Positions 88,410 through 102,277 of a DNA stretch of 124,000 nucleotides are shown piece by piece. The notes under the pieces were generated by a model. That model ran no database searches and was not told the origin of the DNA. It saw only the letters and a list, made by a program, of their open reading frames with translations. Source of the stretch: Wallemia ichthyophaga EXF-994 (taxonomy: Eukaryota; Fungi; Basidiomycota); NCBI RefSeq assembly GCF_000400465.1, contig NW_008806283.1, positions 20,001 to 144,000 of the forward strand. The letters are read 5' to 3'. The first letter of the stretch is position 1; each line of letters begins with the position of its first letter. Position numbers and translations under genes: made by a program.

Positions 88410-91005
88410 ATGCAATTGGATGTAAAAGTGAGGCTATCGGAATACACAAGACACCCTTAACACCCCCTCACAGCGACAATTCTTTAATCGCAGTGAACGT
88501 GTCAAATCGGTCGATTTCCATCCAACAGAACCTTGGTTATTGGCTGGTTTGTATAATGGATCTGTTGTCATTTACAATACATCCACCAATAACCCTGTAA
88601 AATCATTCGAAGTCACCGATGTTCCCGTACGCTGCGTACGCTTCATCCCAAGAAAGAATTGGTTTGTTGCTGGCTCTGATGATTTCCAATTGAGGTTAGT
88701 GGCTAATTGTTATGATTCCCATCCTCTCACTCTCCCCCTTTAGATGCTTCAACTACAACACCTCGGACAAGATCTCTTCCTTTGAGGCTCACCCAGATTA
88801 TATCCGCGCTTTGGCTGTACACCCAACTCTCCCATACGTTATCACTGGTTCTGACGATATGTCCATCAAGCTCTGGAATTGGGAGAAGCAATGGCGCTGT
88901 CAGCACATCTTTGAAGGCCATACGCACTACATCATGAATATTGTCTTCAATCCAAAGGATACCAACACCTTCGCTTCTGCTTGCTTAGATAGGACTGTAA
89001 AAGTCTGGTCTTTGGGCGCTGTAAATGCCAATTTTACCTTAGAAGCACACGATAAGGGTGTAAATTATGTCGAGTACTATCACGGCAACGATAAACCCTA
89101 TATCGTTACTACCGGTGATGATAGACTTGTCAAGGTCTGGGATTACCACTCTAAATCTCTCGTTCAGTCTATGGAAGGTCACACTTCAAACGTCTCATTC
89201 GCCATATTCCACCCTTCCCTACCACTTATCATTTCTGGCGCTGAAGATGGCACTGTTAAGGTGTGGAACAGCAGCACTTACAGACTCGAGCAGACTTTGA
89301 ACTACGGTCTAGAGAGAGCTTGGTCGGTTGCTTATTCAAAGTCTATCAATGACGTCGCTGTCGGTTTTGATGAGGGTGCTGTAGTTTTCAAGGTGAGCAA
89401 CTGTGTTCTATAGGCACTCACACTCACACTCAACAGCTCGGTCGCGAAGATCCAACCTTCTCAATGGACTCCTCTGGTAAAGTCATCTACTCACGCAACA
89501 GTGAAATCTTCGGTGCAAATCTTCAAACACTCGACCAAGATGACCTCGTCGATGGCCAGCGTATACCATCTCAAGCTCGTGAACTCGGTAATACTGAGGT
89601 TTTCCCACAATCAATTCAACACTCACCCAACGGTCGCTTTGTGACGGTTTGTGGTGATGGCGAATACATCATCTACACTGCACTCGCATGGCGCAACAAA
89701 TCATTCGGTCTCGCTACATCCTTCGCTTGGGCTGGAGATAGCAACACGTACGCAGTACGCGAACCAAGTGGAAAGCTACGTGTTTTTAAGAATTTTAAAG
89801 AGAAGAATGCCCCTAAGGTAGCCAATAATACGGGTGGAATTACTAGTGTTTTTGGCGGTTCACTTCTTGGTATTGCCGGGAATGGTTGGATTATGTTCTG
89901 TGATTGGGAGAGTGGAGATATAGTAAGATGGATTGAAGTAGATGCCTCGCAAGTGAGCTGGTCACCTAATGGCGACTACGTTGCCATTATTTCCCCTGAC
90001 TCCGCCTACATGCTCCAATTTAACCGCGATGCATACGATCAACACGTTGCGAATGGTGCTGATTTCGGTGATGAGGGTGACGAAGAAGCATTCGAGGTTG
90101 TTTCAGAAATCAGCGACTCAATCAGTACTTGTAAATGGCTCGGTGATTGTCTCATCTACGTATCGACGTTAAACAGATTATGTTATGTGTTGGGTCATAA
90201 GTCCCAGCCACTCAATCACTTTGACGGGCCGCAGTATCTCCTCGGATACATTGGTACTCAGAACCGCATCTATGTGATGGACAAAGATCTTCAAATCAGG
90301 TCATACGCACTCGCGAAATCGCTCATTGAATATGAATCAGCTATCCTCAGCCAGGACTTTACCCTCGCAGAAAACATCCTTCCTAGGATACCAGCCGATC
90401 AGAAGAACAGGATAGCAAGATTTTTGGAAGACGAGGGATTGAAAGAGTTAGCGATGAGCGTGGCAACAGACCCAGACCAGAAATTTGACCTAGCAGTAGA
90501 ACTCGGCAAGCTCGACGAAGGCAATGCGCTAGCTAGTCAGTCAGTGTCTGCAGATTCGCAGAACAAGTGGCGCACATTGGGCGACAAGGCACTCGAGAAA
90601 TGGGATATCAGTCTATCTGTGGAGTGTTACAAAAAGGCAAGCGACCTCGAAGCGTTGCTATTAGTATATACAAGCAGTGGCGATAAGGGCGGTATGCAGG
90701 AACTAGCAGAATTGGCGATACAAGCCGGACAGAATAACATCGCATTCGCCGCACTCTTACAACTGGGACAGCCGGGCGAGTGTGTTGATTGCCTCCTGCG
90801 TAATCAACGTTACGCAGAGGCTGGACTATTCGCTAGTACGTATTGCCGAGACAAGATTCAAGAGTGTACAGCAGCGTGGAAGAGCAGCTTGTTGGGGGAG
90901 AAGAAGGATAAGATTGCAAAATCTATCGGTGATCCTGAAAACCAGCCTGAATTGTTCAGCAATAGCAATAGCAATAGCCATAATAATCTGATCGATGTTG
91001 AGTAG
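88410..91005 (+). CDS. SEC27: Coatomer beta' subunit
   Basis: [44 protein letters not shown] motifs. Confidence 0.96.
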
Positions 91006-91424
91006 ATGTAAAATGAATTTTGTCTCTTTTAAGTAATTTAGCTCTTTTAATGACCGCATCGGAATAAAGATCGGCAATTAGATAAATTACGCAAATGTCT
91101 TAATTTAATTCGCCGGAAGTGCTCTTAATTAGGTGGGCGTGCAAAATTTTCACAGGTGCACAGAAGGACCTAAGAAGTCCGCCTGGACGTAGAATGCAAT
91201 TGAAAAAGCACACTACTATATTCGGTTGCAATTTCCGATGACACTTACTATATTTAGCATGCATTCTTCACACTGGGTTGTGATATCATCACATCGCCGT
91301 TCTTCGTCCTTCGTTCTGGATTGGCATGTATTGAGAATGAGTTGAGTCAACCGATAGCCGCTTACAATCCTAACAACAACCAACAGCCGCTAAAGGAGGA
91401 GCAACAGACAAAGAAAGCCACTCG

Positions 91425-93289
91425 ATGAAATCTGATAATAAATCGCAGACGCAGAGCAATAAGGTTTGTGGAGGTATTTGATCGGTGTGAACTGCTGCTA
91501 ATAACGCCTACAGTCTAGTACTTCTGTACAGGCTAACAACCGCAACGATATCGCGATACAAACGTCACCAGCACTCTACGACAACAGTGATGGCCTTCTC
91601 GGTCCGTCGAGCACGTCGCTCCATCAGCAACACCAGCCACATCAGGGCGTATATCTCAATCGCAGCAACTCTCACGCAGACGGCCGCTCGCGCTCTGTAT
91701 CCTTCGCCAGCACAGCGGCACCATCGCGTGTTTCACCAAATGATCCCTATGCCGCGTTTAGATCAAAGTCTACAATATCCTTAGCGCTGCCTACGGGTGA
91801 TGCTATCGAGGTCGAGGATGAGCCTGACCAGCTCCCAGAGCACAAGGAGAGTCGCGAGAAGACGCCGTCTCCCCAGCAGCCATCGACGCGGATACAGATA
91901 TTTAAGAGGATGTGCATCATCAATCTTGTGGCTTTCTCTTTCGGTATCGATGCCACGCTTTGGCTGCCAAGTGTCTACAGCTTCATTCTCACAGTGCGTC
92001 CGAACGACGCGGACAAATATCTCGCTGTGACACAGGCTGTCAGCGCACTCGCGCAGCTCATAGTCTCCCTCAGCATCGGTGTCTTTGCAGCAAAAGTGCG
92101 CTCGCTGAAATGGACCATCGTCGTCTGTATCTCGCTATCGTTCGCTGGTAACTTCCTCTATTCGTGCGCAGGTGTCGGTGCGATTGGCAATGTAGGGGCG
92201 ATTATAGGCGGTAGGATTCTCTGCGGTGTGGCTTCCGGCAGCTCTGGTCTCGCGATGGGTTTTATCGCCATTTCCACAGCCAACGTCGATAGACTGGAGG
92301 CGCTTTCGCAGTACAGAACGTATGCGGGTATAGCGCTAGTGCTCGGTCCTGCTCTCAACGCCCTCTTCGGTCTGATCGATGTCCAGATTGGGAACTACCA
92401 GGTCAACGAGAACAACGCACCGACATACTGTTCTTCGTTTATCATGGCCTTTCTCTCAATCCTACTCGCAGTCTTCCTCAGCAACAAGACTAAACCAGCT
92501 CCGAACCCGATCTTACCTGCTATCGAGTTCTTCAGGAGAGGCCACTACGGACCATCGCTGATCATCCTCTGTTCCATGCTCAGCAGCTCTTATGTCTCCG
92601 CTCTCATCCTTTACGTACTCCCAGACCGTCTCAGCAGTTTCTGGGGCTTCAGCACGGGTGTGCAGGCTGGATTGCAAACAGCAGTCTATGCAGCAGGCTT
92701 AATTGGTAGTCTGCTCAGCTCGTACATTCGTGACGGACTAGGACGACTTGTCCTCAAGATCACCTCATGGAAGGTGGGCGTCGATCGAGTAACGCTTCTC
92801 GAGCGCGCCAAGACAGACGGCGGCGTGAGCGCCGGTGCGCCTCTCTATACGGGTATTGGACTGGAGATTCTACTTGGTATTGTATCCTTCATGTGGGTCA
92901 GTCTAGGGTTAATAGCGATGATGATCTCGTTCGGATGCGATTTCGCTTATGACAGCTCACAAGCGGGCACTGCAGCAGGATTTCTTATCGGATGTGCTAT
93001 CGTTATGGTTGGATATAACATCCAAGCAGCCGTCCTGCCCACTCTGTTCTCCAAATCACTGCCAAATGACCTCAGAGTCAGTCTCACCCCATGGTACGGC
93101 GCTACGGTGGCCATGGGCAAGATTCTCGCACCGCTTATCACGGAGGCTATCACTGGTGCTACACCTACTGGCGGTCGCACGGGTGGGAACCAGCTCGGCG
93201 GATATGCGTTGGCACTGGGCGTTAGCGCTATAGGTGTAGTAACTACCTATTGGGTGAAATATCACCTGTCGCATGCTACAGCGTCGTAA
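91425..93289 (+). CDS. MFS transporter (start uncertain)
   Basis: About 12 TM segments, GRILCGVASG, GIALVLGPAL motifs. Confidence 0.75.
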
Positions 93290-93568
93290 TCTGGTGTGGC
93301 TTACATTTTCATACATGCATACACACACTCACGCTTACACCCATATTCAACTCTCACACCCCCTTGACATACGGATATACACAGCAGACAGCAGACAGCA
93401 CACAGCACGCGTAATTTATTACATATTTTTTACTCGGATAGAAAATAATAACACATTTCCATCTTCATAATGCATTTCCCATTTTCTGTTTTCATCGAAT
93501 TTTCATTTTCGCTTATCTTATCGGCGTCGCTTACGTCATTACAACCATCAAAAGACATTAAAGGAGAT

Positions 93569-95703
93569 ATGTTGAGCTGTATATTTGGCAGAAACCACAG
93601 CAGAACGGGCTTTACACCGCCCATTGAACACTTGCCCACGTTGGAGATCAAGGAGCCGCTGCAGACATCCCGCACAGAGCTCGATGAGAGACTTGCGGAT
93701 TTGAGGGAGCTGCTTATAGACAGCAAGCTGGACTACTACCTTATTCCCACCACTGATGCCCATGCTTCAGAGGAGGTAGCGGCTGCCGATGCCCGACTAA
93801 GCTTTGTATCTGGGTAAATCAACGGTTTACAAGACGCGAGCTATCCCTGACGCTCCCATAGCTTCACCGGCAGCTCTGGAATTGCGATAGTGGGTCAGCA
93901 CGCTGCACACCTATGGACCGACTCGCGCTACTTCATACAAGCAGAACGCCAACTCAGCGACGCGTGGACGCTGCACAAGGACGGGCTTCCTGGAGTTCCT
94001 ACGTGGCTTGAGTGGCTCAAGGGACTGTGCTGCTGCAGAATCGGTGTCGATCCGAAGCTGGTCGCATACACACAAGCACAGGCCATAGGTGACAACCTAC
94101 GTGAGTCAGACTGTGTGCTAGTCCATACGCACAACCTCGTCGACCGCATCTGGTACGACAGACCGCATCTGCCACTCAAGCCGCTTTTCGAGCTGAGAGT
94201 GCAGTTCGCGGGAGTTCATGCATCGCAGAAGCTGCACAGCGTCGATGCATATCTGGGTAGCAAGCGCGCACTCATCGCTACCGCTCTCGACGATGTGGCC
94301 TGGACGCTTAATCTGAGGTGGGAGGGTGTGTGCTGGGTGACACACTAGCTAATCCGAATACAACTTCACTTGCAGATGCCACGGGAGCGTTCCTTTCAGC
94401 CCCGTATTCTACTCCTATCTCTTTCTCTCGCAGGCTAAGAAGATATTGTTCGTGCACAAGCAGCAGCTCACTAAGGACGTCAGCGCATACCTGCACGAGC
94501 TGGGCGTCGAGGTTGACGATTACGACGCTGTGGACAGCAGGCTGAAAGAGGTGTCAGAGGGGTTCACTACGGTGCTCGCATCCCAGTCTGTCTCCTATGC
94601 CGTAGCAGCCGACTGCACATTCGAACGCATCAGGACTACCACCTCGCCTATCACGCTGTGGAAAGCTGTGAAGAATGAAACGGAGCTGCAGGGAGCTCGC
94701 GAAGCATACAAGCGAGATGGACTAGCTTTTGTCCGTTTCCTCGCATGGCTCGATGGACAGGTCAGAGCGGGAAACCCCAACCTCACCGAGTGGACAGTCA
94801 GTGGCAAGTTTGACGAGTTCAGGAAGGCGTTGCCCCTGTTCAAGGGTCTGGCGTACGAGAACATCTCTGCAACAGGCGCCAATGCAGCTCTGCCTCACTA
94901 CGCAGCTGGTCCTGATGCTCCCAAACTCGATCTGAGCACGCCTTACTTGAAGTAAGGAGACTCTTTGCAATGCATACGCAGCTTTGTTCGCTTTGCTCAC
95001 ACACCTCAGTGACTCTGGCGGACAGTATCTTGATGGGACTTGCGATACTACGCGCACTGTCCACCTGGGCACCCCGACAGCTGAGCAGAAGGTAGCGTTC
95101 ACGCGTGTCCTCCAGGGACACATCGCCATAGACTCGCTCGTCTTCCCTGAAGGCACGACTGGTGGCCATATCGACGTGCTCGCGAGACGTCCACTGTGGC
95201 GTGAAAACCTCGACTATGGCCATGGCACTGGGTGTGTGGGGCTTTTTTTTTTGTGGTTGCACCTGCTCACAACTCAATACAGACACGGCATAGGCTCGTA
95301 TTTGAACGTACACGAGGGACCACATGGGATTAATAAGGGTGTGACATTCGCTGAGCACCCACTGCGTATCGGTTGCATCAACTCGAATGAGCCTGGATAT
95401 TGTGAGACGTGAATTTTTTATCGATAGTATAACCACTCACGAGAGCTATCTACAGACGCCGAGAACAGATTCGGAATGCGCATCGAGTCTGTCGTCGCAG
95501 TTCAGGCGGCTGAACAAGAAGGTTGGCTGAAATACGACCGCTTGACTCAGGTTCCGATCGACAAACGTCTCGTCGACTTTGGGTTGCTGGACAAGTCAGA
95601 GAGGAATTGGCTCGAAGCGCACAACCAAGATGTCAAGAGAATGCTGTTGCCAATGCTAGATAAGTCTGAGACACTCGCGAAAGAGTGGTTGGAGAGGGTG
95701 TAA
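93569..95703 (+). CDS. Xaa-Pro aminopeptidase (M24B), multi-exon
   Basis: [56 protein letters not shown] motifs. Confidence 0.93.
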
Positions 95704-95754
95704 TGACATGATGAATCAAGTGTACATGCTATGCTACAATAACAATCTTTGCTT

Positions 95755-96742
95755 TCACAAACTCGCTTTCGCACCGCTTGCCATAGTCACGCGCTCAATT
95801 TCGGGTATCTGATCAGGCGCATCGATGCGAAAATGCGGGATAGTGTCGAATGCTATAGAGGCCACACGAATCATAACACGTCTGCAAGGTCAGTCTGTGA
95901 GTAGATGAATCAGGCACACACGTAACCCACGCTGTGAATCCCAGTATCGGCTTGACGCCATTTCGACCAGTTTCGAAGACGTGTTTGCGGAGGTGGTGAG
96001 AAGGTGCGACTGGGTCTATGTCGTCGAAGTGCTGCGTGCGAGAGCGGGAGTGTGAGTGTTAGTGGTGATGTGAGGACTACAACCCACCCAGTGATAGATA
96101 TCGTCCGGGCTCTCGAGGTGCTTCAGCCGTAGGAGAAGGCTGTCTGCTTTGTGACAAAGGAAAGATTGGAGGGGATGAGAGAACAGCCTCTGCACTGTAA
96201 TGTGATCAGTGGAGTATCACCAACATAGGCACACACCCTCATCCTCATTCAACATCGGCACCAACGCCCTATCGGTAATGAGACATACTACCGGCCACAC
96301 TGTCAGCGCCGACGCGTTCGAGTATGCGAGGTGGGGCGGGAGCGTGGCCACATAGCGCACGCGCTGCAAATCACTACGCGGCAAACCTACCTCCTCTTCC
96401 GCTTCACGACGAGCTGTGTCCTCTGGAAAAATATCTTGCTCGTCGCGCTTGCCGCCTATTAGACAGGTATCGGATGGATATGCGCTGAGTAGCGGGCTCC
96501 GTTGGGATAACAAGACGTGGAGATCAGAGAGACGCCCTACAAATATCGCTACCATTACAGCCGCATGCTTGCCCGTGGATGACGAGGGATAGCGCGTGCG
96601 CGGGATGGATGCTTCCGATAGTCGCTGCAAGTAGCTGCATCCCTGAGCGGAGGCAGAGATAACACAATAACACCCACGCCTTCGAATTTTCATTCAGTCC
96701 GGCCACGTCGTCCAGTTTGAGAGAATGTGCGTGTGAGGTCAT
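95755..96742 (-). CDS. Nudix CoA pyrophosphatase (Pcd1/NUDT7-like), spliced
   Basis: AAVMVAIF, Nudix box GGKRDEQD..TARREAEEEVG. Confidence 0.85.
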
Positions 96743-96847
96743 CGACGTTCTTATCAGGGATGGTGCACATTTTAATCGTCATCGTTATTCTTACAATACA
96801 TCAAAACATAAAGAATAAGAAAAAAACATTTACAAATCCTACTGCAG

Positions 96848-97831
96848 TCACGCAACAAAAACAGCAGGATCGACGCGTGCATCCTCAACGCATCTGTCGA
96901 AATACCGTTTCCTCAACTCTGCATCCTCAGCCTGTTTTACCAGCTCAATCTGTGCATACTCATTCCAGTAAGCGCCTCCAGGTAAATTTTCTTTCGGTTC
97001 ACTTGCAAGATGCAAACCCGGCGCAGCGCCTTCTGCTGGCGTTCTTCCAAAATAGCTCATAATGTAAGTAAAGGGGTAGGTAATGAGCCAAGAGACCCCA
97101 TAGTGCGCCTTATCGGTGATGGTAGTGTTGACCGCGCCTGGATGGTATACCCCGACCCAAATGTGCTTGTCAGCAAGGCGCTGCTGCAGTTCTTTTACTA
97201 CCACGTTCAACAGCAGTTTCGAGTCGGCGTAAATGGCGAAAGCGTTGATAACATAGCCATAAACGTTCCAGCTGTCCCTAAGCGGAGTCCTCTTGTTTGG
97301 AGGTGGGCGACTGGGCAGTGAGGTGAACATATATGCACCAGAGCCAGTAAAAATGATACGCGAGTCTGTTGAGTTAAGACAAGGCAAGAGGTGGCTAATC
97401 AAGGCAAGATGACCGATCACATTACATGCATACGTCATCTCAAGCCCGTCTGCACTGCTGCTCGAGGCCGTGTTGGGCGATATGAGACCTGCGTTCAAGA
97501 ACAGCGTGTCGATTGTGCGCGCGTCTTCTGCCTGCTCAGTCCAGCGCTGGCCGAAAGAACGGACTGAGTTGAGAGAAGAGAGGTCGATTTGCCACAAGTC
97601 AACAACCAAGTCGGGGCACCTTTCTTTTATCTCAGAGCGTGCCGCTTCTCCTTTGTCCATCGAGCGGCAGCCCATCACAAGCCTCTTGACGCCACTTTGG
97701 GCGACGTGGTCACACATAGCCAATCCGATCCCAGCATTCGCGCCAATGCAGATTATCGTCTTTCCTCGAAAGGCGTTGCTGTTGATGTTGTTGATTTTCT
97801 TGTTACTATCCTTTTCGAATGCACTAAACAT
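96848..97831 (-). CDS. Short-chain dehydrogenase/reductase
   Basis: IGANAGIG, QIDLSSL, LFLNAG, YADSK (YxxxK). Confidence 0.9.
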   Translation of the reverse strand: MFSAFEKDSNKKINNINSNAFRGKTIICIGANAGIGLAMCDHVAQSGVKRLVMGCRSMDKGEAARSEIKERCPDLVVDLWQIDLSSLNSVRSFGQRWTEQAEDARTIDTLFLNAGLISPNTASSSSADGLEMTYACNVIGHLALISHLLPCLNSTDSRIIFTGSGAYMFTSLPSRPPPNKRTPLRDSWNVYGYVINAFAIYADSKLLLNVVVKELQQRLADKHIWVGVYHPGAVNTTITDKAHYGVSWLITYPFTYIMSYFGRTPAEGAAPGLHLASEPKENLPGGAYWNEYAQIELVKQAEDAELRKRYFDRCVEDARVDPAVFVA

Positions 97832-99389
97832 GGTGGTAATACTGATAGCGATGGATTGCTGACTTGAGATTACTTGGAGAAAAATTGAGTCAATTAATGG
97901 ATGCAATTGAGCATTTCGTACATATTCATGAACCTTTTCTGTTGTCATCTTAATCCCATGATTACCGAAACCAAGACCGGCCATAACGCAGCCGATTCGT
98001 TTATTAACAATTTGATTAAAATAACAGCATCATCGTTCTCAAAATCACTCAAGCATTTCAAATACATCTCCATATATATCCTCCGCTCAATATCCATCGA
98101 GTATGATTTCTCGATTACCACCTATCTCATGTCAGACGGTGGATTTACGAGTTTTGATGATCTCTGAATAAAGCGCTTAACATATAGCCCTGAATTTTTT
98201 CTACATTTAAGTCACCAGAACTATGTTCCTGAGACTCCAGTTGTGCCCTAGAGGCTGCTCGGAAGTTGAAATCCGGCATCGCTCTGGAGCACGCTTCAGG
98301 ATAGACATGCGGAGTTTTTCGCGATTTATCGATAGACATGATTCTTTATAGCTGGTAGTGATCGCAAGAACCTAGTAATTCAAGTATTCACTCTTCTAGA
98401 CGCGATTTACGGGTTTCGACAAGTGGCGTCCACACGACTCAACTCTGGCTCCAGGGAAGTAATATTGTCATTCATGACTTTTCAACGACTATTGAATACA
98501 ATTTATCCAAAGAAAGTAGGGGTCAGCTAAACTCTAAAATCGGGGGTTTGGATTAACCCAGTGCATTTCGAGACTTCAAAAGAATGGATGTGATGGCGGT
98601 TAAGGCTGTACTGGAATCTTATATTGCAGGAATGTATAGAGATGCATTCGAAATCACCCTGAGACCTACCACATCTAGCTGGACTAGTGCAGAGCACATC
98701 ACCACGCTATCAATGACATTAACACTCTCGAATTGATCCAAAGAGCAATTCCTATAGAATGATACCCATGTTGCTCAAGTTTGAAGTCATTAAGGTGCTA
98801 TGACAAAAACGTCATTGAACTCGTGTGTGCATTCCTTGGGCGTAATGCGTCAATAACAACTAAGAGATATCGGTAATAATGATTGAATATTATTCGAGAT
98901 TTAAAATAGTTGGAGAGAGCTTTGAGGGCTTTGGCACACTCGTGAGCGCACCTACTTGGCCCAGTGGTCTCTTTCTATTCGTGACACAAGACGTGGGGCA
99001 AAATGATTCTTAAACGGCAATATAACATATCTTATATCGATCTTATATCAATACTAGGGCTTCCAAGGGTGATAATTCTGCAATTGAGAAATTTTACTCA
99101 ACCAGCACATAAGTTATGTTCACAAGGACTTGCGACAGTTTTATCAAGTTTAAAGCGTTGAAATAGTTCGAATTGACTTACAGCATTTTAATTGCCAAAA
99201 AATATCCGCTGTATGTATGATGATGATGAAATCTGAATTCATTGCTAAGACCATACATGCTTAAAATTGCGTTAACCAATACTCATTGAAGCATGAGGAG
99301 TCAAAAATTCAGCTTGAGGCTGAGATATTAGATATTTAAGGTTCATTGTGAGCGGTATATAACTGCTTCCAGGACAACCGAAGCCATCT

Positions 99390-99470
99390 GGTTTTGTAGT
99401 GTAGCGGTTATCACCGTGGATTTTGACGCAAAGACTTCCATTAACCCCGGTTCGAATCCGGGCAAGACCT
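99390..99470 (+). tRNA. tRNA-Gln(TTG) with a 9-nt intron
   Basis: Acceptor GGTTTTG/CAAGACC, D-arm, anticodon stem GTGGA/TCCAT around TT-TTG-A, intron CGCAAAGAC (99427-99435), T-loop GGTTCGAATCC, downstream T-run terminator. Confidence 0.93.
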
Positions 99471-99743
99471 TTTGTATTTTGCCTCACTAAATTTTGCCCC
99501 ATTTTTCCTTACATCTAGATCCTTTTAGGAGATTTACGAGCTCAAGAGATGATTCCATAAAGTTGATGAATAGATGTCTGCAGATGAAGAAGACAAAGAC
99601 AAAGCGACAGGCGAGTTTGAGGGGAATGGGGAGAAGAAGAGCAAGAAATTTGAAAAAGTGAAAGGGAGTGTAAACATGATTAAGAAAAAGGATAAAAAGG
99701 GATAAATGACGGATAAAAGCACGACGCGGGATGAAGAGGTACA

Positions 99744-100169
99744 ATGAGAATAACCAATTTGATAGGAATATTGATGGTTTGGATTGGAATGGTATTAGGA
99801 GATACGGAAGTGATGAATTTAAGGTTTAAAGAGGGTGGTAGAGTGGGTGGAGTGGTGTTAACTGAGGATATCCATTACCCGATAGAAGTACAAGCAGAGG
99901 GGAAGAAGTGTGAGACTTATCAATTAAAAGGGTTCACAGAGGGAGAATTATTGAGAGTGAGAATGAGTTGGATTGGAAGTGTTCCAGTTAATATCATTGG
100001 GAGAGTATTAAATGGTGGATTCGATATTTGTTACAATACTAATGAATCAACGACAATACACTTGACAGTAGAGAACGCAATTTACAACAAATTTAATTTT
100101 ACAATTATTTCAATCTTATCTGCATTCGTCATCGTATTCTCGACTCAAAATGGGCAATTCAACTTCTAA
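99744..100169 (+). CDS. Small ER-type membrane protein (signal peptide plus C-terminal TM; Pga1-like?)
   Basis: MRITNLIGILMVWIGMVLG-DTEVMNL, LRVRMSW, C-terminal hydrophobic helix; family assignment tentative. Confidence 0.5.
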   Translation: MRITNLIGILMVWIGMVLGDTEVMNLRFKEGGRVGGVVLTEDIHYPIEVQAEGKKCETYQLKGFTEGELLRVRMSWIGSVPVNIIGRVLNGGFDICYNTNESTTIHLTVENAIYNKFNFTIISILSAFVIVFSTQNGQFNF

Positions 100170-100662
100170 AGCGGTGAGAAGACTCCCAAAAACTCAATCA
100201 AAACAAGTACCGAAGGCAACTGAATCTTTAGATAGATTGAAGAATCCTAGCACTTCACATGATGAGCCACACACAAAACCAAATGCAGCCATGAAAGATG
100301 GCCAAGATCCAGATTTTATGAATAATTTGTCAAAAATTGATCCAGTTAAGATTGAGAAAGCTCAAACAAATTTTAGACCTTCAGATAAGATGATCAACAT
100401 TTTGAGAGGCAGGAAGGTGGAGAGCGAGGTGGATAACGCAGCAATGGCGTATAATAGGCTATCTCCTCAGTCTTTGTTGGTTTACTTGGAGGAGCGTAAG
100501 AATGGCGGTGATGTTGGGCAGCTTAATAGATCATTCAACGTTAACGACAGTGACGCTGAAATCATTGAGAAATACACAGCAGCACCAACAACAGGCACTC
100601 CGTTTACAGTCAAAGTCGATGAAAATTCTGGTGAAATCCAAAGAGTCATCGTATCTTTGTAA
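100150..100662 (+). CDS. Conserved hypothetical protein with N-myristoylation consensus
   Basis: MGNSTSK (MGxxxS); KDGQDPDF motif; overlaps the upstream ORF by 20 nt. Confidence 0.6.
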   Translation: MGNSTSKAVRRLPKTQSKQVPKATESLDRLKNPSTSHDEPHTKPNAAMKDGQDPDFMNNLSKIDPVKIEKAQTNFRPSDKMINILRGRKVESEVDNAAMAYNRLSPQSLLVYLEERKNGGDVGQLNRSFNVNDSDAEIIEKYTAAPTTGTPFTVKVDENSGEIQRVIVSL

Positions 100663-100857
100663 TCTCTTTGCCCAGATTTAATTAGTTACGCACGCACAGA
100701 TACACGTTCAGCCAAACAGAGACAGCTACAGCCTTGTATAATTATATTTGAATTTTATTTTATTTGAGTATTCCGCGCAGTCTCGATCAAATCGATCGAA
100801 GCGCTTTTAATAGAATCCCGCTTCAGCCACCATTCCTCTTAATCCACAACTTCCATT

Positions 100858-102050
100858 ATGGTCCTCCTTAAAACAGCAACAACGCTGCTCGCTGCAACAG
100901 CCGCTTACGCTTGGAACCACACGGCATCTGATGTTATCGCCACAGGAAGTTAGTCCCGCTTCTGTACCACTTGTGACACATCCTTACATGTCAAACAGCA
101001 ATGGGTACCACCAACCCTCCAGAGGCAACGATGGGCACAGAACTTAACCAAACCTCGGTAGCCCGTCTTGTCTCCATTAACTCCATCGACGATTTCTGTT
101101 TCTTCGGTCCAAAAGAGGCAAATGTAACCATCGGTGACACTGAAGGTGAACAAGTCGCCTGGTGTACTAAGCCACGTAACAACGCACGTGTTATCCCAGA
101201 TGGCACTATTACCTCTACGCACTTTGTTAAGACCCCCGCTTACGTCCAAGTTTCTGGGTGAGTTGTGGTGTCTCGGTAAGTAATTTTGCTAAAACAACTT
101301 AGTTTCGGTGATTTGACAAAGATCGGTGTTAAAGACGGTGACTACGGTGGTGAGCTTGACCCACACGGTGCTACTGGCGATGGTAACCCAGTTGGTGGTA
101401 ACGTTACTTCGGACATTGTCAACGGTACCTCTACTTCTTACGCTGAGTGGATGGAATTCATCTCATACGAGCAATTCTGTATCAGAATTTGTACAGCAAG
101501 CAACGACACTTGGGGTGCTCCAGTCATGTGCGAGCACAAATTAGATGAAATGGGTTGCGGTTTCGTTATGCCAGATGCAGGTGACAGTGATGTCTTTGAG
101601 ACCTGTGATGCTGACGTTGCTTACCCACCTGGTGTTTACCCTATAGATGGCTCTTACTCCACTTTCGCTCAAAGATACACTGGTAGCTACTCCTCAGGTA
101701 CCACTGGTGCCATGGTCGGATACACTGTCGGTGTTACTGACACTCCAACCGCCGCACAAATGACCCCATCCTCATCCAACTGTGTCACTCAATCATCCCT
101801 TGCTGGCAACAACGTCGATGTCTCAGCTACTGGCGTCATTGAAGATAACAGAGACGACGATTCGGACTCAAACAGTGACCCTGACAGCAATAAATCCGAC
101901 AAAAGCAACCCTGACGGCAACGATGGTGGCTCCACCGGCAGCGGCCAAACCAGCGCCAACGCTGGCGACGGCGATTCTAGCGCTACCACCTTCACTGGTT
102001 TCGCCACCGTCTCAGCTATCGCTTTGGCTGTGCTCGCAATTGCCCTCTAA
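100858..102050 (+). CDS. Secreted, probably GPI-anchored mannoprotein (Cryptococcus MP88-like), spliced
   Basis: Signal peptide, SINSIDDFCFFGP, VAWCTKPRNNARVIPDG, GELDPHGA, Ser/Thr/Gly-rich stalk and hydrophobic C-terminus. Confidence 0.75.
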
Positions 102051-102277
102051 GATAAATTGACTTTTGCTAAGACATGAGTGGGACGCTCTGTCTGCTTTCA
102101 CAACCTATTTTATACTTTCTTGACCATATAACAACATCCGATTGCACTGGATAAACAGAACAATGAAATCTTGTTTCTTTATACACGTTCACTCATTATT
102201 GACGAATTTTATTGTGCAATTCTTGTCGACATATCGTATTCACAGTCTATCGAGCTGAGCGTTGTTTGGTTGATACA

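Noticed and set aside
98560-98660. AVKAVLESYIAGMYRD resembles an RNase III signature (possible relic gene)
   Set aside because: Single short motif surrounded by stop codons; no second RNase III motif found, so it cannot be supported without a profile search
99487-99744. Hydrophobic minus-strand ORF next to the tRNA
   Set aside because: Derived from a purine-rich promoter tract; non-ATG start; no motif
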